This document shows, in pieces, positions 38,484 through 54,739 of a DNA stretch of 64,000 nt (position 1 is the stretch's first letter; every line of letters starts with the position of its first letter). A program made the translations under genes and the position numbers. Location: assembly GCF_009914755.1 (NCBI RefSeq), contig NC_060926.1, one strand, 5' to 3'. The stretch comes from the human T2T-CHM13v2.0 reference genome, Homo sapiens. Under the pieces are notes generated by a model. That model made no database searches, was not told where the DNA came from, and was given only the letters and a program-made list of their open reading frames with translations.

Positions 38484-38597
38484 TTCATTCAGCTCCTCTC
38501 TGTCAATGTCTCTTATAGACACTCTTCTATATAGAACCAGGAGCACAATGGTTATAGACTGTCTGTAAGAAACATTGACAGAGAGGAGCTGAATGAA
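38484..38597. repeat. Inverted repeat / long hairpin
   Basis: 38484-38509 is the exact reverse complement of 38572-38597 (26 bp); pairing continues inward with mismatches. Confidence 0.95.
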
Positions 38598-39150
38598 ACG
38601 TCTCCAGTGAACCAAAGCCAGCCCATTGAGTTGCTTTTGGGGCACCTGGGAGTGTGGTGCTTTCCTTGACAGTCTTTAGAGATGAGGAGACAGTGTGGAA
38701 AGCTGTTCAGACAAAATGATATGCATGCTGGTGGCTTACAGATCCCTTATTCAATAGATAAATATAGGTCAACAATGATAAAATCTTCAGAGGGTAGTTT
38801 GCATTAGAACTGCCTTCTGGGACATTGACACTGATCTCACGTTTTGTCAGTGATTGATGACCCAGTGGATACGCAACTATTACATTGTGAGCTACCAATA
38901 TTGTCCTTGCTGTTAATTTCAGGAACAACGATCTCTAGGATTAGTGAATAGAGGTGATTAATCTATATTGAGAAAATTATTAAAATCTAAAAACTAGATT
39001 ATTTATCCCAAATATAAGGATGGGTTAAATATTATAAAGTATATTTTCTATTCTCCACATATCTGAATTTTCTTAATTATAGCAATGGAATTTCTCAATT
39101 TTTTACACATTATGTTTTTAGAGTAAGTTTGAAACATATTAAATACAAAC

Positions 39151-39323
39151 TTTTTTTTTTTTTTTTTTTTTTTCCCTGAGATGGAGGCTCGCTCTGTCAC
39201 CCAGATTGGAGTGCAGTGGTGTGATCACAGCTCACTGCAGCTCCGCCTCCCGGGTTCATGCCATTCTCCTGCCTCGGCCTCCCAAAGTGCTGGGATTACA
39301 GGCTTAAGCCACCACGCCCAGCC
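39151..39323 (-). mobile_element. Alu collapsed to a chimeric monomer
   Basis: Right-arm sequence switches to left arm at cctgcctcggcctccc; TSD taaatacaaac. Confidence 0.88.
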
Positions 39324-39644
39324 TAAATACAAACATTTTTACTGTAGTTTTTGGAGTGAGGTGAAATCTAATATAAAAATTTATTAGTTCCAGCTCTAGA
39401 CAACATTCCATAATTTGTCATTTCAATAAAATCTTTTTAAAGTCTGACTTTGTTTTTGAACTTGCTTACCTATGTTCATGTACATAGAAGATCTCTCCCA
39501 GAGGTATACAGAATGTTCAGTTAGCCTCAGCAGGATGAGACATATCTGCTTTCTATTTCGTCTTTGGATTCCACATTCTGACCTGTGAAATAATTACACC
39601 AGATTTAAAAAAATTCTAGTAGACTTAACTAAGAAATTCTTTTT

Positions 39645-41205
39645 AAAAATTATTTTTTATTATGATAAAAAGGATATAACATTAAATTTACCATCTTAAC
39701 CATTTTAAAGCATGCAATTCAGTAGTGTTAAACATATTTACATTGTTGTGCAAATGATCTCCAGAACTATTTCATCTTGCAAAAGTGAAACTCTATGTTC
39801 AATAAACAATAACTCCTCATTTATCCCTCCCCCAGCCCCCAGCAATGACCATGCTTCTTTCTTTTTCTACAAATTTGACTATTTAAAATAACTCATAGGA
39901 ATGGAACCATACAGTATTTATCTTTTTGTGTCTGACTTATTTCACTTAACATAATGCACTCAAGGTTTATTTAGGTTGTGGCATATGTCAAAATTTCCTT
40001 CCTTTTGAAGGCTGAATAATATTCCATACACACACACTCACACACACACACACACCACATTGTAGAATTCTGTTCATCTGTTAATGGACAGGCAAATTTA
40101 GGTTGTTTCTATCTCGGCTATTGGGAATGGTGTTGCTATGAAAATGACTGTACAAATAATGTCTCTGTGATCCTGCTTTCAATTCTTTTGGATATATACC
40201 CAGAAGTAGAATTGCTGGATTGTATGGTAATTTTCTTTTTACTTTTTGTTGAGCAACTGCCATACTGTTTTTTATAATGGTGAAACCAACCCAATTGTCC
40301 CATAGAACTAATATTTTTCATTTCTTTTGAATAAACATAGAAATTGACTCTCTCAGTTTTAAAACTTGAAAAAGTTACATTTGTCTTACCTGAGTACCTT
40401 TCTTAAGAAACCAACCATCGGCCGGGTGGGGTGGCTCACGACTGTAATCCCAGTACTTTGGGAGGCCAAGATGGGCAGATCATGAGGTCAGGAGATCAAG
40501 ACCATTCTGGCTAACATGGTAAAACCCCGTGTTTACTAAAAATACAAAAAATTAGCTGGGCGTGGCGGCAGGCGCCTGTAATCCCAGCTACTCAGGAGGC
40601 TGAGACAGGAGAATGGCGTGAACTCCGGAGGCGGAGCTTGCAGTGAGCCGAGATATCACGCCACTGCACTCCAGCCTGGGTGACAGTGCCAGACTCTGTC
40701 TCAAAAAAAAAAAAAAAAAAAAAAAAAACCAACCATCAGGCCTCCCAGATAGTACCAAGGAACTGAAATTTACCAGATCACTGCATCTGGATAATAAGAC
40801 ACCAGACTCCTCACCCATCATGATTGCCTAATTCATCACCTGCTTCCTGTTGACCAACTTCTCTTGCTTACCCCTCCCTAATTCCTGTTTTCCCACATGT
40901 GGTTACATTTCTTCCATGCTGTATAAACCCCTAATTTCAGTTGGTTAGGGAGATGGATTTGAGGCTGATCTCCTTGGCAGCATCACCTGATTAATGCCTT
41001 TTTTCTTGGAAACACTCATTGTCTCAGTTATTGGCTTTCTGTGCAGTGAGCAGCAGGACCTAAACCCTGGTGTCTTGGTAACAGTGGCTGCACCATTTTA
41101 TATTTTCACTAATAGAGCACAAAGATCACAATTTTTCTACATCCTCTCAAACACTTGTCATTTTCTGTGTTTTTTGATAGTAACCATTCTAATGGGTATA
41201 AGGTA
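39645..41205 (-). mobile_element. L1MB-type 3' fragment interrupted by an LTR
   Basis: ttttggatatatacccagaagtagaattgctgg L1 motif; L1 resumes at 41084. Confidence 0.82.
40281..41083 (+). mobile_element. ERV1 solo LTR (LTR26-like) with AluY at 40419-40728
   Basis: tgaaaccaacccaattgtcccatagaact...ggtaaca; Alu TSD aaaccaaccatc. Confidence 0.75.
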
Positions 41206-41406
41206 GAATAAATCACTTTTAAACAGAAAAAACCCATCACTTTCTAGCCAAAGGAATTAAAACTATCTAAGGTACCTAATCCAAATAAGATTCATTTCAC
41301 ATTAAACTTGTGGTCTATCATTCTTACATTGTTCATGGATTTGTTCTTCTTTGGATTTCTGAAATAAGCTATATACTGATTTTATCACCTACCTCAGTAT
41401 GACTGA

Positions 41407-42031
<625 letters not shown>

Positions 42032-42370
42032 TCCAAATGAGTAGAATTTAAAAGGTAAACTTTGCAATTCTCTTATTTATGGTAAAAAATTTGTCTGTTA
42101 CAGAAACTATATTCTAAAAATGGGAAAAACTGGCAATGCAAACTCGGTCTGCCCCTGAGAGATGATGTAAATTAAAGTTGGTCATCACCATGGACCTCAG
42201 TATTCTCAGTGGTCAAACAGGGGAGTTGGTCTAGATGAGAGGCAGCCAACCTAAATGCCTACGGAACCACAGCAGGCCCTGGAGACAAGTGAAGAGATCT
42301 GGTTGTAAAATCACAGTGCTGCAGTGTCCTCATCAAACTGAAGAGTAGGAGTAAGAGCTCCTTCAAATGG

Positions 42371-42638
42371 TTCATGCCTGTAATCCCAGCACTTTGGGAG
42401 GCCGAGAAGGGCAGATCACAAGCTCAAGAGATTGAGACCATTCTGGCCAACATGGTGAAACCCTGTCTCTACTAAAAATATAAAAATTAGCTGGGCTTGG
42501 TGGCGTGCACCTGTAGTCCCAGCTACTCGGAAGGCTGAGGCAGGAGAATCGCTTGAACCCATGAAGCAGAGGTTGCAGTGAGCCCAGATCGCACCAGCCT
42601 GGTGACAGAGCTAGAATCCGTCTAAAAAAAAAAAAAAA
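42371..42638 (+). mobile_element. AluSc-like SINE
   Basis: Dimer, slightly 5' truncated. Confidence 0.9.
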
Positions 42639-42698
42639 TGGAGGAGGGTGGTAGCATTCACCTCCCACTTAACATGCTGTGAGGGAATATAGACTTTT

Positions 42699-43479
42699 TT
42701 TAAAAAAAATTTTATTATTATACTTTAAGTTTTAGGGTACATGTGCACAATGTGCAGGTTTGTTACATATGTATACATGTGCCATGTTGGTGTGCTGCAC
42801 CCATTAACTCGTCATTTAGCCTTAGGTATATCTCCTAATGTTATCCCTCCCTCTTCCCCCCACCCCACAACAGTCCCCGGTGTGTGATGTTCCCCTTCCT
42901 GTGTCCATGTGTTCTCATTGTTCAATCCCCACCTGTGAGTGAGAACATGCGGTGTTTGGTTTTTTGTCCTTGCAATAGTTTGCTGAGAATGATGGTTTCC
43001 AGTTTCATCCATGTCCCTACAAAGGACATGAACTCATCATTTTTTTATGGATGCATAGTATTCCATGGTGTATATGTGCCACATTTTCTTAATCCAGTCT
43101 ATCGTTGTTGGACATTTGGGTTGGTTCCAAGTCTTTGCTATTGTGAATAGTGCCGCAGTAAACATACATGTGCATGTGTCTTTATAGCAGCATGATTTAT
43201 AATCCTTTGGGTATATACCCAGTAATGGGATGGCTGGGTCAAATGGTATTTCTAGTTCGAGATCCCTGAGGAATCGCCACACTGACTTCCACAATGGTTG
43301 AACTAGTTTACACTCCCACCAACAGTGTAAAAGTGTTCCTATTTCTCCACATCCTCTCCAGCACCTGTTGTTTCCTGACTTTTTAATGATCGCCATTCTA
43401 ACTGGTGTGAGATGGTATCTCATTGTGGTTTTGATTTGCATTTCTCTGATGGCCGGTGATGATGAGCATTTTTTCATGT
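42699..43479 (-). mobile_element. 5'-truncated L1PA (ORF2 C-terminus and 3' UTR)
   Basis: ORF 43037-43477 matches L1 ORF2p C-terminus ([26 protein letters not shown]); TSD ggaatatagactttt. Confidence 0.96.
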
Positions 43480-44279
43480 GGAATATAGACTTTTGCCTAT
43501 AATGTGTTGCACCAGATCTTCAAACTCATTAAAAAAGTTGAAAAATTTAAAATATGGCAAAAATATTAATTAACATAAAAACACTCCTGTACAGGGCAAA
43601 TAAAACAACCTTTTGAGGGTGAAATGTGGTCCATTGTCTGGTGGTTTGCAATACCTGGGCTAGATGATTTCTAAGGTCCTTTGAGTTCTAAAATTCTTTG
43701 ATTTCTGGATTCTAAGAACAGATTAAAAATAACAGCAATAGTCAGGGGCTGTGATTCTATTTTTTATCTTGGATCATTCAAAACTATAGGCTGCTGTCTT
43801 GATTTCACTAGTATGGATCAAAATGACTCAATTGTTTGATATATAGACATTATCTCCTTAAGCACTATATTTATCTTCAGTGAATTGTACTAAGAAAGAT
43901 TTATGTGACAATTCATATCACATTGGAAAATGATACATGGCTCTCTCTAGCAAAAACTGCTGTCTTTTATTTGATTCCTGAGCTCTGTTTTGAATTTTGG
44001 CAAAATTGAAGAGACAAAAAAAATCAGTTTATGTCTCAATTAATTTCACAAACTGAATGACAGATGAGATTTCTCTTTTCACTCCAGATTCCCCTGTCCC
44101 TACAGAATTGTTGGAGAATATTTGTGGTTGTCAGAATGTTTTTATTTTAATGAGAATGGAGTCGTGATTGACATTTGCTCCCTGGCCAGCATCCTTCTTC
44201 TTTTGTTTCTTTCTTCTTTTATTAACAGATGCTGATTTTCCAATAGGGAATTATTCCTGCCACACCCATAGCCTACAAC

Positions 44280-44635
44280 AGAGGTTCTCAAATGGGTGGT
44301 CCCTAGAACAGGAGCATCAGCATCACCTATGGACTTGTCGGAAATGTCCACTCTTAGACTCTGTTCCCTAGTTCAGGTAATTCTGGTGCCACTGAGCCAT
44401 CCTACAGTTCCAGGCCTGAATCCTTAGGCACTGAGATTGGTTTAAGGATGGGCATATAACCTAAGTCAGTGGGTGTCAAACTTGATAGGAAATCAGAATC
44501 ACTTGGACCACGTGTTAAAACAAAAATCGTTGGTCCCTTACTTCAGAGTGTATAGTTCTGTAGGTCTGGGGTGAGACCTGATCACTTTTAACAAGTTCCC
44601 AGGCAATGCCGATGATCATCCTTAAGAACTACTGA
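44280..44635. mobile_element. MER5-like fragments
   Basis: gcatcagcatcacct; gtaggtctggggtgagacctga...taacaagttcccagg. Confidence 0.55.
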
Positions 44636-45034
44636 CCTGAGCTAATGAGATTAAACAATTTTGGTGGAATTTCACCTGCATCAATCAGCTGTTGCCTCAC
44701 ATAAGCTGTGTGAGAAACCGTTCCAAATCTCAGTTGAAAACTATTTATTTATTTTTTACACATGGTAAGATGGGCTGGGCTTGGCTCCAATTTTGCTCCA
44801 TGTGTCCTTCATCCTCCCTGGGCCAGTAGCTACTCAACTCAAAGCATAGTCCTCTAACGATGAAAGCAAAGTGTAAAAGACCGTGTCCCACTGTGCAAGC
44901 CTATTTCAGCCAAACTCATGTCACATCGACTAATATTCCGTTGGCCAAAGCAAATCGTGTGACCAATATTGACATCAAAGGCTCTCATGAAAGTTGAGGG
45001 GGAGATAATGAATACTTGCTGAATGATAATCTAG

Positions 45035-45372
<338 letters not shown>

Positions 45373-47239
45373 CTTTCCACTGTTTTTTTAAGCTGGTAAA
45401 CTATAGTCTTGGACCAGTTAGTGGTTGACTTTGCAGCCATATAGAAAGAGCCTGCCTCAGAATAAAACCAATAAAAAGAAAATCACAGCTGAGAGCTGAA
45501 GAGAGACAGATTCCTGAAGATCCAGCCATGTTGGAAAGTGGGTCTATTATTGCACTTTTTTGTTAGGTAAACCAATACTTTGTTTTTCCTAAGCTAGTTC
45601 TTGCAACCCAAGGTCCATAGCCATGACCCAGTATTTAATATTTTTCAGTATATAGATCATCATCAGCCCTTGAGACAATGAATATTTTAAAAAATATGGT
45701 GTTTAAGTTGCTGTATTGAAATTTTATTTGCCAGTTTTTGTAGTACTGTGGTATTATAGAAGTTTGATTCAAAGTTAAATTTACTGTCATAGGATTTGTC
45801 TTTAATCAGACTTTTAATACCTTAGAACATTTCACCTGGTCATATCTCGAAGTATTAGATGAAAATTAAGTATCTTTCGTCTATCTGTAGTTTCCAGAAA
45901 GGAACTCCATATCCTCAGGGGAGTCCAGGAAGATTGCATTTATTAACAATTGTGTAAAGATACTAGTAACAACATTAGAAGCAACACAGGCTTAAACGAG
46001 ATGAGTTCTTAAGTTTCCTTTTTTTCTCTCCAGAAATAGGCAGTGTAAGACTGGCATAGCACTCCACTGTTATCTTGGACCTGGTATCCTGTCTGTTCTG
46101 CCACTTGTAATGTGTGACTGACAATCTTTCCTCTGGTCCAAGATGGCTAGCAGGGCTCAGGCTCACGCGCCTGGCAGGAGGAATGAAGTGAGGAAGAACA
46201 AAAAGGGCCTGGGCCAGCTGTCTGGCGCTCTGTCAAGGAGCATTTCTAGAAGTGTCACCTGACATTTCCACTTATATGTCATTGATCAGACTTTAATCAC
46301 ATAGACACAGCAAGGTTGGATGAGAAATACAGTCTTTTGTCTCAGCAGTTTCATCCCTTGAATAAAATCATGGTTGCGTTACTGGAAAAGAAGAGCAAAA
46401 CAGATATTGGGAAGGCAGCTAGCCATCTCTGGCATAAATGCCAATTTCAGAAGTAAGTAAGAATGAAGTATGTCTGATGGAAATAAACATAAAATCAAAG
46501 ATCAACAGGAGACAAACTAAAATGGCTACCAAAATGAATGTGAACACATCCCAGAAGAGAATTGGAAAACAAAATGTAAGTAGCTATGCACTGAGAATGA
46601 AAATCAAAATGGACAATAGATTTCTAAGAAAAAGGAAGTCGGAGAAAAATATTTTTTCTCAAGGTTTACTGTATGCGGTTCTTGGAATAGAGGAAAATGT
46701 GAGCAATTCCGTTTATAGAAAGGCATACCATTGAAAGGGAACACAAATTTTCTTTTCAAATAAAATAAGTCAAAATGTTTTTCGATAGGCTTTAGCAGAC
46801 TTGGCTTGAATGAAGTATCTTTTAAAACATCTATGTCCAGTATAGTAACTTTAAGTTCATTATCAGCCCTCCAGTGACAAATTTACCTTCCAGAGTAGAC
46901 TTCAAGTTTACTCAGAAGAGATTTTTCATTGTAAAAAACTCTGGGTTTTGGCATTTAGGGTGAAAAACATCATTATGTGAATTTGCTTAGAGTGAAACGG
47001 GTAGGCAACAGCGTCTCCTTAACCTCATGTGGAATCAGGGATGTCCTTTGCAGGATGGGGAATGCCCTCAGGAAGGGTACCTGATGACATAGTGGGTGAT
47101 GGTGAAATGGTCACTGCAGGTGGGTTGCTGTTGACCTGTTGAGGAATCTGGTTTAGGGTCAACCAAGTGCAGGCATCTGGTAAGTTGCAGAACAGCAGTG
47201 GGCAGGCAGAGAGAACTGAGAATAACCTTGTTCTGTCAC

Positions 47240-47402
47240 TTATTATACTGTGATATTGAACCAATTTCTTCACTTCCCTGGACCTCCATTTCCTGAGCCA
47301 TGAAATGAGGCTAAGGATACCTATTCACAGTGGAGTTGAGAGGATTAATGAGACCATTTAGGTAAAATTGCTTGGCATGGTGTAAATGGTGGGCACTCAA
47401 GG
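47240..47402 (+). mobile_element. MIR
   Basis: cctccatttcct...gaaatgagg...gttgagaggattaatgaga. Confidence 0.6.
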
Positions 47403-47889
47403 AATCCATCCCCTACTTCTACCCTATACTCTGCCCTTCTCTTTTTTACCTTTCCTCTCTCTCTCCATTCTTCTTTCCCCCAATCCCTCAAAATTTCCTA
47501 AAGTACCACCAGAGGGCACAACCTAGACCAACCTTCTGTCAAAGTGTAATAGATTCCATGCAGCTTATGGAGTCCTCAGAGATGATTCCCAAGTTATCCT
47601 GGAGTGTCTGGAGTGTGGTAAAAAGCCTTTTGGCTGGAAGTTCTGCCATTCTTCTGCAAGTACGTGCAACACTATATGGCATCAAGTTATTTACTCCAAT
47701 TTGTTTAATCTAAAATCCAACAAGTACAATGTAACTAGGTTGGAGCAGTCTGTCATTTTTGTATTCATTTCTTCTATTTTACACTCATTGTGATGGCATA
47801 AAGTCTTGCTCTCTAGTCAAAATTGTCATACTATCCCTGCATGTGGATGTGCATGGGTTGGTCTTTGGAATAAACTAGTAAATGAATAG

Positions 47890-48260
<371 letters not shown>

Positions 48261-48752
48261 CTAATCGTCTCCATTTGAATTTTGTCTTATATTTCTTTCA
48301 GAGTAATACATGTATACATATATGTATTTCTACTTAGTTATTTCACAGCATTGCTCTGAAAAGCTATAAATTCCATCTTTGAGCTGTTTTGGGGGTGTTA
48401 ATTACAGCAAATGATTGCTGAGAACATTAATCCATTCAATCAGTCTCCAATATCAACATTATTTCATTTATTTATTTTTAAATTTACTCTCCAGCTCAAA
48501 GGATTCAATCTCAGCTTTTAATGCAAGTGGCAGGTCAGGATTATACATTTTCTTGTTTTTACATATCTTCTAGGAATTTTAAAATACCACAAAACCTTAC
48601 ATCTTCCCAATTTTTTTGTCACTAAGAAAGATCAAGTTGACCTTCTAGCAGAGAAGTCAAATCTTAAATTATTTTTGACGTCATGGACTAAAAAAAGGAA
48701 ACATCTTTACACAAATGACTGTCTTATCCAGCTGGACCTGAGAAAGCATGCC

Positions 48753-49198
48753 TGTGGAGACTAAAGCAACTCCATCTTGGATGCTAGTCACCATGTTGAC
48801 TTCTGATTAACCCCAGTTCTGGGAATGCCTCTAAGATTTCTATTTTATCTACTGTTCCTTGTATAAGAGCATATGCTTAGAGTAAATCTGTCCTTAGGTC
48901 AAAACAACTTTGACCATAAATACTGCTCTTAGTGAGAGTCACATGACATTCGTGCCTTTCTTTGACTTCAATTGTCCTACACATTCCTACCCTATCATAT
49001 AGAAGCCCTGGGTCTGGGGGATAATGGTGCCAGGATCCACCATCTTGCCTCATCACCACCGGAAACTATGGCTTTTATTTGTAAGTCACTATTAAATGTT
49101 TCTTTCTGAGAAACTGGATTTGTCAGCCTCTTTCTTTGGCCTCTTAACTTCCTTGGCCTTTGTGGCTGGGTTTACATAGGTCTGCCTACCACAGAGCA
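48753..49198 (+). mobile_element. ERV1-type solo LTR
   Basis: tgtggagactaaagcaactccatcttgg start; tatagaa box and attaaa signal; CA end. Confidence 0.7.
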
Positions 49199-49488
49199 AT
49201 GTCTTTTTTGTGTTCATTTTCTTTGTCAGAAATTCTACTTTAATCTTTTATGGACAATCTCAGAGGGCTTATCCAAGGCAAAAAATAGTAGCTAGCATCT
49301 TTCCTTAGGGACGTTTACAGATAATGAGTAATGTTTCTGTGCTTTGAACACTTCCCAAGTGCCCACAATGCAGTGTGCACTCTGCTAGTCTCTTAGTAGA
49401 TGTGTTTCCGCCCTGAGAAATCTGGCAGATAAGAAAACGACCCCAGGTTTACCAGCTGGCACTAGGTTGTTCATTGGAGGCCACGTAA

Positions 49489-49856
<368 letters not shown>

Positions 49857-50065
49857 CGTATAGTTCTTTTAATAAACATAATTAGAAAAACAATTTAAAG
49901 TCATAACCCTGAGCTTCTCACCTGGGCTCTGTTTGGTACCATCTTCATAATTATATCTCAATTATGAGTGATCTCACAAATATTGAATGCTTACTGTTGT
50001 ATGGCTTTATGCTAAGGACTTTGTGTTTTTTATTTCATTTAATCCTCTTAATAACCTGGTGAAAC

Positions 50066-50549
50066 TGTTGCCAAATACCAGGGGTTCAACCAAGGTCCTG
50101 TTGCTCACTATACAGAAAGCCAGTCCTTGAGACAATGAGTATTGCCAGGGAAGAAAGGCTTTTTAATGCAGTTGACATCAGCTGGGAGATGGTGGGTAGG
50201 TTTCAAATTGGGCTCCCCAACCGACTTAAATTAGGTGTTTATATAGTGAGGGAAGGAATGTAACTATGTGTGGGAAAACAGGAATTAGGGAGGGGTAAGG
50301 AAGAGGATTGGTCAGTAGGAAGCAGGTGGTCAGTTAGGGAATTATGACGGATGAGGGGTCTCATTGTCTGCATGTTTCAGTTCTGGTAAGTTTCAGTTCC
50401 TTGATACTATCTGGGAGGCCTGTGAATCTGTTTTCTGAGAAGGGAACTCAGAGAAGACAGATGTAACTTTCAGCTTTAAGACCAAGAGGGTCAATTTTTA
50501 TATTTACTGAAAAAACCATTAGTTCTATGGAAAAATTGGGGCAATTTCA
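50066..50549 (-). mobile_element. ERV1 solo LTR (same family as 40281) inserted in a MIR
   Basis: - strand starts tgaaattgccccaatttttccatagaactaat; MIR halves at ~49980-50065 and 50555-50660. Confidence 0.72.
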
Positions 50550-51423
50550 AAATTTGTGTATTTATTATTACCATTTTACAGATAATGAAACTGAAGCTCG
50601 CTGAGGAGACTCACTTAGGGCCACACAGGCAATTAGCAACGGAGCTGGAGTCCTCCATCTGTGCAACCCTGCTCCACAGCCAGAGTGGTGCTCCACACTG
50701 CTATGTCATTCTAATTTAGAACGTTCCACCTTCAACAGTATGAGTAGGGAAACCAAAAAGAGTCACTAGTCAGTATGAAATTGCTCAAGGAACTCTAACC
50801 TTGATGATTTCTTTTTGATTCATTTATTCATTCATTCACCTATGTGTTTGGAAAGTGTTAATTGAAATCTTCTCTGTGCTAGGCACTTTGCTAGGCCTCT
50901 GACAGACACAAACAAGACACAATCTTTGCCTCTCATGAGTTACTTGCTTGGATTCAATTATTTCTTTTCTGTCTCCTTCATAGATTACTCTTTTCATTAC
51001 CCTTGTGCCATATAACATCTTAGCTGTGTGAGACCAGGAGAAGGTGTTGGTCACCTACCCTTGGCAGTAGGAAGTCTTTCAGATCTGATATTAATTGTGT
51101 ATTCAAATGTCAAGGTATCCTAGTACAGAAAATATCAGTGGGTTATTCTGATAAGGAAAATACTATTTGCTAATTTTAGAAAAGAGAATATGCTAAAAGT
51201 TACACCTCAGAGGGAATATCATTTGATATGGTGAACAGGAAACCCAAGAAGTTGTGAATTCCATTCAAAAGATGAAACTGCTTAGAAGATAATGTAAGGT
51301 TCTCACCCAACATGAGCACTGCACTCAAGGCCATTTCTAGGATGAAAGGGTGGGATGATTATCTATTATTCCAGCCATGAATTATTTCTGTGGCCTCCAG
51401 AAGATGCAACTGAATTGTAGCTA

Positions 51424-52085
51424 TGTGTCCAGAATCGGTTCCTTCTGGTGGGTTCTTGGTCTCGCTGACTTCAAGAATGAAGCCGTGGACCCTCACGGTG
51501 AGTGTTGCAGTTCTTAAAGATGGTGTGTCTGGAGTTTGTTCCTTCAGATATTCAGATGTGTCCGGAGTTTCTTTCTTCTGGTGGGTTTGTGGTCTTACTG
51601 ACTTCAGGAGTGAAGCCGCAGACTTTTGCAGTGAGTGTTATAGCTCTTAAAGATGACGCATCCAGAGTTGTTCGTTCCTCCCGGTGGGTTCGTGGTCTCG
51701 CTGACTTCAGGAGTGAAGCTACAGACCATCGTGGTGAATGTTACAGCTCATAAAGGTAGTGTGGACCCAAAGAGTGAGCTGCAGCAAGATTTATTGTGAA
51801 GAGTGAAAGAACAAAGCTTCCACAGTGTGGAAGGGAACCCAAGCGGGTTGCTGCTGCTGGCTGGGGTGGCCAGCTTTTATTCCCTTATTTGGCCCTGCCA
51901 TGTCCTGCTGATTGGTCCATTTTACAGAGTGCTGATTGGTCCATTTTTACAGAGTGCTGACTGGTGCATTTACAAACCTTTAGCTAGACACAGAGCACTG
52001 ATTGGTGTTTATAATCCTTTGGCTAGACAGAAAAGTTCTCCAAGTCCCCACTCAACCCAGGAAGTCCATCTGGCTTCACCTCTCA
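51424..52085 (-). mobile_element. LTR12-family (ERV9) solo LTR, short LTR12F-like form
   Basis: Repeated ctgacttcaggagtgaagc U5 units, CCAAT repeats, 4-bp TSD gcta. Confidence 0.9.
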
Positions 52086-53421
52086 GCTACACAGTCCTCC
52101 ATGGGCCCTGCATTTTTACCAAAGTCATTATCAGTTTATGTTGAATAGAGTAGGAAAGCTGCACTTGAGGAGAGTGGAAAAATCAGTGGTAACTCAAAGC
52201 CATGTTGAAAACTATTATTCAAATTTAAGGCATCCTGTTGTTATTTTTTTGACAATTTGATTTGAAAATATAACTTTTAATGCTGTACATATGAATAAGG
52301 CCAAATAAGGTATAAAATAATGTTGCCATGTTATCCATCAGAAACAAACAGATGTCTCAACATGTGGGAGCTTCTGTAAATGGGAAACTTCAGATCCTCC
52401 AGGGCCAGTGACTTGCCCTGGAGTCAGGGAATTGTTGGCTGACTTTGCTGGGCTAGAATTCATTTGTGTTTCATGCATTTTTTAAGACAACCCTTTCGTT
52501 CTTGCCAAATGTATGATGTTAGGAAATCCCCATTACTGGGGTGTGGTACCTACCCATCCCCTCTTGGGATTCTGACTCATTCCAAGCAGGAGCAATAGTG
52601 AGATAGGAAAGGAAAATGGGCAAAAGAATTAGACTCTGTTAGCACAGTTATATGCCCAAGTTATGCTATAGAAGCCAGTGAACACTGGTTTGGAAAGAGC
52701 TGTTATTTTTTCATTCTCAACTTTTCCCAGTAGTCTCTATAAATAACATAACATAACATGTGAACCTAGGCCCCTTGAGGAAAAGAGTAATGATTGTTTT
52801 GCATCATTATCTGCAACTCTTGGGCTTAAAGTCCTAACGAAAACAGTTTCTTTCTGGTGAGGACTTCTATTTTCAGCTCTTCTAAATGTTAACAGCAAAG
52901 TAAGGGGTCATACACACCATAAATTCTTTAACTCAGGAAGAGTCAGTTCAATAAACCTAAAGGAGTTGATGTCTTTTTGCTCAACTATTCAGAAGAAGAA
53001 AGACACGCAAATTTGAAACCACTCAGTAGAACGTGATGGGCCTATTTGACTGCAGGATTTTAAAGGAGTGTTTTTGAAGGGAGGCAGTGAAAGCCCTATT
53101 CCCTGGGCTTGGGGGTTGCTCCTTGGAAATGTTTCCATAGAACCACCCAGAGCCTTTTGGGCTAAATTTTCAGTTCAGATTACTCTTGTTAAAAAGTAAA
53201 AATTTATCATTTTTTAGATTTAAATTATACAACTTTGTTATTCTTATTTCTTTAAAAAATCACTCTTCTAAAGGGAAAAGTCACATTGCAGAAGACAGGT
53301 TCCTTAAAATCCAAGGGAACTCACTAATTTCCATGCAAGTGTTATTAAACAAACTTACTTTCTCAGTCCATGGGCCACTCTGTTCAATAAAAAATCCTAC
53401 AAGTACCACTGTCTTATTTAT

Positions 53422-53476
53422 AACAACAACAACAACAGCACCACCACCACCACCACCACCAACACCTTACCCACCA
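53422..53476. repeat. (AAC)n(CAC)n trinucleotide tract
   Basis: Direct inspection. Confidence 0.9.
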
Positions 53477-53512
53477 TAGGTTTAGTAGTTATAGTTGCAC
53501 TACTTTTGATGA

Positions 53513-54739
<1,227 letters not shown>

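Noticed and set aside
51440-51760. Regularly spaced ctgacttcaggagtgaagc repeats that superficially resemble a CRISPR array
   Set aside because: These are the tandem U5 repeats of LTR12; the intervening sequences are also similar to each other, and there are no cas genes
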